Positions 35,035 through 38,552 of a DNA stretch of 38,552 nucleotides are shown piece after piece; positions within the stretch are counted from its first letter, which is position 1; every line of letters begins with the position of its first letter. This stretch comes from a virus. A program made the position numbers and the translations under genes. The DNA lies in the IMG/VR virus record IMGVR_UViG_3300028831_000592, positions 1 through 38,552 of that record, one strand, 5' to 3'. Below the pieces are notes generated by a model. That model worked only from the letters and a program-made list of their open reading frames with translations, ran no database searches and was not told the DNA's origin.

Positions 35035-36234
35035 ATGAGCATTTTAAGTTTTAACATTAACGAACCTGGTCAAGCTGGCGTTTTCCCTCCCATGATCAGA
35101 ATAAGCACCAATGACACATTAGCCGAAGTAATGGCAACCGGATATTTAAATGGGCTACATGAGGAAAATGTTCCCCTTGTAAGCGGTATGATGGCGCTTG
35201 TTGGAACAAAAACATCACCTAGTTCGCCTTACTCATCTAGTAGCTGGCTTGATATTCAATTCTCAAATGGAAATTGGAGCCTAGTGTCAATTGGTGTTGC
35301 ACCTGGAACTATACAAACACCCACCATCGCAAATCATATTGCTGTGTTCTATGATACAGCAGGTAGTTTAAAAGATAACGTTTCTACAGCGATTAACGGA
35401 GGCAATATCCAAGCTGGCCTTTCAGGAACTGCTGGCTATCTTGCATCTTTTCCTTCCGCTGCAACTTCTGGCTCTTTGCGCGTTGCTGCAGTTGCTAATA
35501 GCGGAGATTATGTTGTAGATATTTCCAATGCTTCTCACGGACAAGCAACAACCTACGTTATTCCTGATGTGGGCAATGCAAATGGTAGATTATTAGCTGC
35601 CGCAACGGCGACTCCATTTGTAGCCAATCACATTCTAACCGCTTCAGGAACGGGTGGTGTTGTATCTGATAATCCCGCGACCGCAATACAAGGGGGCAAT
35701 TTGCAGGCAGGACTCAGTGGAACTGCAGGTTATGTTGCTTCGTTCCCGTCTGCTGCAACAAGTGGATCGCTTAGATTGACTGCAGTTGCTAACAGTGTTG
35801 ATCAGGTTGTAACAATATCAAATGACTCACACGGTCAAGCAACGACCTACAGTATCCCCGACGTTGGAAATGCTGCAGGTCAAATACTGGTAGGAGCAAC
35901 AGCAACGCCGTTTACCTCAGGACATTTGCTATCGGCCTCTGGAACCGCTGGTATTGTAGCAGATTCAGGCGTCGCAACAAGTGCTGTCCAGTTGAGCGCA
36001 GATATCAAGGCGGTTACTACTGGTAATATTGGTGGAGCAGGGGCTGGACCACTAACTGTAACGCAAGCAGCTTGCACTTCATCGAGCGTTATATTATGCT
36101 CAGTACAATCATCAAGCAACCCCTGTTACGTAATTACAATTGTCCCTGGAACTGGCAGCTTTACTGTCACGACCAATACCGATCCAGGTGCATCTCTCAT
36201 ATTGAGTTACGTTTTATTCGTTGCTGCCCAGTAA
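35035..36234 (+). CDS. Tail fibre paralogue F8 (N-module 2, 98-aa tandem repeats, unique C-module C)
   Basis: The N-terminus is MSILSFNINEPGQAGVFPP.... The repeats lie at 35326..35619 and 35620..35913, with a partial third copy. Confidence 0.65.
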   Translation: MSILSFNINEPGQAGVFPPMIRISTNDTLAEVMATGYLNGLHEENVPLVSGMMALVGTKTSPSSPYSSSSWLDIQFSNGNWSLVSIGVAPGTIQTPTIANHIAVFYDTAGSLKDNVSTAINGGNIQAGLSGTAGYLASFPSAATSGSLRVAAVANSGDYVVDISNASHGQATTYVIPDVGNANGRLLAAATATPFVANHILTASGTGGVVSDNPATAIQGGNLQAGLSGTAGYVASFPSAATSGSLRLTAVANSVDQVVTISNDSHGQATTYSIPDVGNAAGQILVGATATPFTSGHLLSASGTAGIVADSGVATSAVQLSADIKAVTTGNIGGAGAGPLTVTQAACTSSSVILCSVQSSSNPCYVITIVPGTGSFTVTTNTDPGASLILSYVLFVAAQ

Positions 36235-36252
36235 GGAATTTTGGTCAGGAAG

Positions 36253-36277
36253 GGGAGCCTCAGTGCTCCCTTTTTTT
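36253..36277 (+). terminator. Rho-independent terminator at the end of the structural operon
   Basis: GGGAGC-ctcagt-GCTCCC followed by TTTTTTT. Confidence 0.7.
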
Positions 36278-36302
36278 AAATAGAAAAAGGAGAAAGGATA
36301 TT

Positions 36303-36470
36303 ATGAAAAAGGTTGGTTGGTTCTTGCTTGCCGTTTTAATTGGTTTTTTTTTAGTTGTTACGGTAGTTTATAGCGAATATGAATACGATGAAGAAAACCA
36401 ACTTATTTCTGATATCGATGATGACGATCCAGGCTGTCCGACGTGGCTAGTTAACCTGTCTATAGCCTAG
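36303..36470 (+). CDS. Small membrane-anchored protein, 55 aa, with an acidic C-terminus
   Basis: AAAGGAGAAAGGA lies upstream of the ATG at 36303. The sequence is MKKVGWFLLAVLIGFFLVVTVVY followed by D/E-rich residues. The longer 36072 track ORF overlaps F8 and the terminator. Confidence 0.5.
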   Translation: MKKVGWFLLAVLIGFFLVVTVVYSEYEYDEENQLISDIDDDDPGCPTWLVNLSIA

Positions 36471-36499
36471 TTAGAATTCTTAAAACCTGTAGATAATTG

Positions 36500-36523
36500 T
36501 GGTGATTATAGTAATAATCACCA
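36500..36523. repeat. Perfect 9-bp inverted repeat TGGTGATTA-n6-TAATCACCA
   Basis: Read directly. Confidence 0.8.
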
Positions 36524-36579
36524 TTATCAAAAAGCATGGCTACTCACTAACTTATTTAAGTTTGTTATCTGGTGTTAAC

Positions 36580-36596
36580 TTGTGAACGTTGTGAAC
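36580..36596 (+). repeat. Tandem TTGTGAAC x2 with a 9-bp period
   Basis: TTGTGAAC occurs at 36580..36587 and 36589..36596. Confidence 0.7.
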
Positions 36597-36658
36597 TTGT
36601 TTTTTGATGATGTTGGTTCATGAAGATATCGAGCAGAAGTGGGTATCTGTAGAAATCA

Positions 36659-36733
36659 ACATGTATAGAAAGAGATAATTTTCTATACACGATGAAGGGA
36701 ACATGTATAGAAAACTGCAAATATCTATACATG
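36659..36733. promoter_or_regulatory. Two operator-like palindromes, TGTATAGA-n12-TCTATACA, centred 42 bp apart
   Basis: The arms are 36662-69/36682-89 and 36704-11/36724-31. The flanks extend to CATGTATAGAA. Confidence 0.6.
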
Positions 36734-36939
36734 ATTCGATGAGTAATTATACAGTACTCAAAAGAAATATTAAACCATTAAAGCGTCTTGTACACGCTTC
36801 AACGGCTAACTGCAAAGCATACAAAAAGCATTATGAATCATATTGATTGGAAAAGCAAATTAGGACGGCTAGCAAGGTGGAGTGGGAACCTTACTAGCCT
36901 GGGAGGGGGTACTACACATGGACATACTCAAGGAGGAAT

Positions 36940-37062
36940 ATGTCCTTTAACCATAGCACCCTATTCGATACCCGTCAAACAAAACCCCAAATATGGAAAT
37001 TAGGACCCCAAATTGAAAAATCGGTACCCCAAATCGAAAAAAGCCTACCCCAAATATTATGA
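36940..37062 (+). CDS. Possible 40-aa repeat peptide (MSFNHSTLFDTRQTKPQIWKLGPQIEKSVPQIEKSLPQIL)
   Basis: AGGAGG lies 3 nt upstream of the ATG. The ORF is co-extensive with the 21-bp repeats, so it may simply be a by-product of them. Confidence 0.2.
   Translation: MSFNHSTLFDTRQTKPQIWKLGPQIEKSVPQIEKSLPQIL
36984..37055 (+). repeat. Four ACCCCAAAT motifs with an exact 21-bp phase (iteron or centromere-like)
   Basis: The copies lie at 36984-92, 37005-13, 37026-34 and 37047-55. Confidence 0.85.
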
Positions 37063-37341
37063 TATTTTGTTATGTTGGGTTTCTAGTTTTTTACATTCTG
37101 TTACAAATTTATTATATTTTTCTTCATCATCTGTCAAAAAATCTATCGGTATTTTATCTAGTTGGTTTATATCCACAAAGAATTCATCATCTTTTTGTTT
37201 TATAAGATCTAGGAAGTGTTCATTTATTTTAATTTCTAGTTTGCTTATTTTAAGAAAAACCAACTTATCTACTATTCCTCCTATTAGCGTATTCATGTTT
37301 TTCTTTTTAAAATCAAGGTATGGAATTAATTTTTCGTTCAT
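37057..37341 (-). CDS. Hypothetical protein (very AT-rich accessory gene)
   Basis: A 94-aa K/D/E/I/L-rich ORF with AAGGGA upstream. The opposite-strand 147-aa ORF is low-complexity. Confidence 0.5.
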   Translation of the reverse strand: MNEKLIPYLDFKKKNMNTLIGGIVDKLVFLKISKLEIKINEHFLDLIKQKDDEFFVDINQLDKIPIDFLTDDEEKYNKFVTECKKLETQHNKIS

Positions 37342-37376
37342 TTTAGTTATCCCTTTAGTTGTGCGATTTTTCCGAT

Positions 37377-37499
37377 CAACTGTTCGGAAATACCTAATAG
37401 TTGCACCCTCAAAACCCCCGAAACCTAGTTTTGTAGGTTTTGTAGGTTCGATTTAGGCCAACTGTCCGGAATTTCCGGATAGTTCAGTTATTCGGAATT
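37377..37499. promoter_or_regulatory. Repeated CAACTGTyCGGAAwT-type sites and a TCCGGAAtTTCCGGA palindrome between two accessory genes
   Basis: The sites are 37377-91, 37459-73 and 37485-99. The palindrome is 37465-79. TTTCCGA/TCGGAAA is an inverted repeat at 37368-74/37384-90. TTTTGTAGG occurs twice in tandem at 37429-46. Confidence 0.5.
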
Positions 37500-37772
37500 A
37501 TCTAATACCTCAATCAGCTCTTTGTGTATTACGAATACATCAGGAGCATTTTCAGGAAAGCCTTCTAGCTCTGAAATCCTTTTAGTCATTAACAATATGG
37601 AGTCATCTGGAACGGAAAAATTGAACTCCTCATTTGAAAGAAGAGATGCCCTGGATTTATAACCAAAGAAAGCTGCTATGATTTCGTGTGCGTGACAGTT
37701 AATTAGAAGGCATCCATTCTTTGCACAAAAGAATCTAAGGTAGATAGCCATCCATTTTAATTTTTCTTTCAT
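37488..37772 (-). CDS. Hypothetical protein
   Basis: A 94-aa ORF with a weak RBS. Confidence 0.45.
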   Translation of the reverse strand: MKEKLKWMAIYLRFFCAKNGCLLINCHAHEIIAAFFGYKSRASLLSNEEFNFSVPDDSILLMTKRISELEGFPENAPDVFVIHKELIEVLDNSE

Positions 37773-37816
37773 AATTTTAATTGCCCAGAATTCGAGGGTT
37801 TTAAACTGTTCACTTG

Positions 37817-37857
37817 TTGGTGAGATTATTTTTATTTTGGTAAGATTGGTGAGATTA
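37817..37857 (+). repeat. TTGGTGAGATTA x2 plus a degenerate TTGGTAAGATT
   Basis: The copies lie at 37817-28, 37837-47 and 37846-57, in the intergenic region between minus-strand genes. Confidence 0.75.
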
Positions 37858-37906
37858 AATTCCCCCCGCTCATGGAACGCTTGTCTTCTAGCCGAGGGGA
37901 AACTGG

Positions 37907-38155
37907 TTAACCTTGAGGCAAGTAGAATAACTTACGCCTTGGTTCTGATTTGTATTTCTCATGCCATGCCAAAGCTTCTGACTTCTTATACCAAGTCTTC
38001 CCCTTATCCTTCATATAAGGAGGCCCTCCTCCCTTTACGATCTTTGTATCCAAAAGTGACTTAAGGATACCGAGCCCAGCAGCCGTGGTCTCTTTATCAA
38101 GATAGGCGTCTGAGTTTGCTTTATTAAAGTTTGCTATTAAGGTTTCGTTCTTCAT
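37907..38155 (-). CDS. AlpA / excisionase-family (HTH_17-like) DNA-binding protein
   Basis: AYLDKETTAAGLGILKSLLDTKIVKGGGPPYMKDKGKTWYKKSEALAWHEKY fits the pattern yLt.ee.a..lg.s...l......g.fP....g....w....l..W. Confidence 0.5.
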   Translation of the reverse strand: MKNETLIANFNKANSDAYLDKETTAAGLGILKSLLDTKIVKGGGPPYMKDKGKTWYKKSEALAWHEKYKSEPRRKLFYLPQG

Positions 38156-38405
38156 TTATTTTTTTTATTATCCCTACCATTCGGTTGAGGGGACTTTGGA
38201 AAATATCGAAGTAAAGCCAAATAATATTTGCCGTCAAAACAAAACTAACTATTTGCCAATAAAAAAATCCATACCAACCTGTGTATTTAGCGTACGCGCA
38301 AATTCCAACCATCAATAATATGTACACCATTCTAATAATATTATAGAGGTTGTAGCGAACGCGCACCCTATATACTTCTGTCAATACATCATTCGTAAGT
38401 GGCAC
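38124..38405 (-). CDS. Small two-TM membrane protein directly downstream of the microcin-like genes, a candidate immunity protein
   Basis: The hydrophobic segments are MVYILLMVGICAYAKY and FFYWQIVSFVLTANIIWLYF. The start is uncertain, either GTG at 38405 or ATG at 38330. The track ORF extends into the terminal repeat in a different frame from ORF 6..299. Confidence 0.45.
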   Translation of the reverse strand: MPLTNDVLTEVYRVRVRYNLYNIIRMVYILLMVGICAYAKYTGWYGFFYWQIVSFVLTANIIWLYFDIFQSPLNRMVGIIKKINEERNLNSKL

Positions 38406-38411
38406 GACAAA

Positions 38412-38552
38412 ACCTTTTAATTTTTTGCTTTTTGGTACATCCAATAGGCATCTTCTATGAAAAACCCCATAGTGGTAGTTGCAGCCCCAATTCCTCCGCC
38501 TATTACGCACGCAGGGATACTCTTTCCACCTGCCAATCCGCCTATGCATCCG
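38412..38552. repeat. Terminal direct repeat, second copy of 1..141
   Basis: Identical by direct reading. Confidence 0.95.

Noticed and set aside
29506-36234. A diversity-generating retroelement or invertible shufflon as the explanation for the repeated fibre modules
   Set aside because: There is no reverse transcriptase, invertase or recombinase gene anywhere in the genome. The repeats are divergent paralogous coding modules, not a near-identical template/variable pair or inverted crossover sites.
36788-37003. 71-aa plus-strand ORF with a TTG start
   Set aside because: It has no RBS and a non-canonical start, runs through hairpins and repeats, and has a G/T/H-rich composition. The region looks non-coding.
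36984-37055. The 21-bp periodic repeats as a CRISPR array
   Set aside because: The conserved unit is only 9 bp, the so-called spacers are 12 bp and partly conserved, there are only four copies, and there are no cas genes.
37013-37456. 147-aa plus-strand ORF
   Set aside because: It is a low-complexity S/F/L/I translation antisense to the better-formed minus-strand ORF 37057-37341.
37440-37460. GGTTCGATTT resembling a tRNA T-loop
   Set aside because: The flanking bases cannot form a T-stem or an acceptor stem, and no cloverleaf is possible.
38406-38549. N-terminal 48 aa of track ORF 38124-38549 (MHRRIGRWKEYPCVRNRRRNWG...)
   Set aside because: It reads through the duplicated 3' end of ORF 6-299 in another frame and is created by the contig end. 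A start at 38405 (GTG) or 38330 (ATG) is more plausible.

Overview
This window is a complete, circularly permuted genome of a tailed phage, about 38.4 kb long. Bases 1-141 are identical to 38412-38552, so the unit length is 38411 bp. I read three main blocks.

1. **Early region (about 1-7600).** A leftward operon runs from a TTGACA-17-TACTAT promoter and encodes small proteins, a YqaJ-like exonuclease and RecT. A rightward operon encodes a ribbon-helix-helix regulator, winged-helix proteins and a lambda-O-like initiator with an internal iteron plus AT-rich origin candidate, followed by a VRR-NUC nuclease. A second leftward AT-rich cassette of unknown genes follows.

2. **Middle and late region (7711-36470, + strand).** It starts with a zinc-ribbon protein and the small terminase. 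About 3.6 kb of tiny translationally coupled genes follow, including a stand-alone CHC2 zinc finger and a sigma-70 region 3/4-like protein. Then come the large terminase, a P22-like portal, the scaffold and a P22-like coat gene. After these are a gp10-like stabilisation protein, ejection-type proteins and about 9.3 kb of tail spike and fibre genes.

3. **Accessory region (36471-38411, continuing into 1-556 across the junction).** It holds a repeat-dense non-coding stretch, AT-rich unknown genes and an AlpA/excisionase-like HTH protein. It also holds a small membrane protein and two peptides with class II microcin-type double-glycine leaders.

**Most notable observations**
- An ORF-less, T4 td-like group I intron splits the coat gene, and a free-standing HNH gene lies immediately downstream.
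- A phage-borne microcin-like peptide pair sits next to a candidate immunity protein.
- Seven paralogous fibre genes reuse two N-terminal and three C-terminal modules combinatorially.
- An 86-bp duplication of the terL 5' end brackets an AT-rich inserted gene.

I could not recognise an integrase, a CI-type repressor, an endolysin, a tRNA or a CRISPR array. All family assignments come from reading motifs by eye and need database confirmation.
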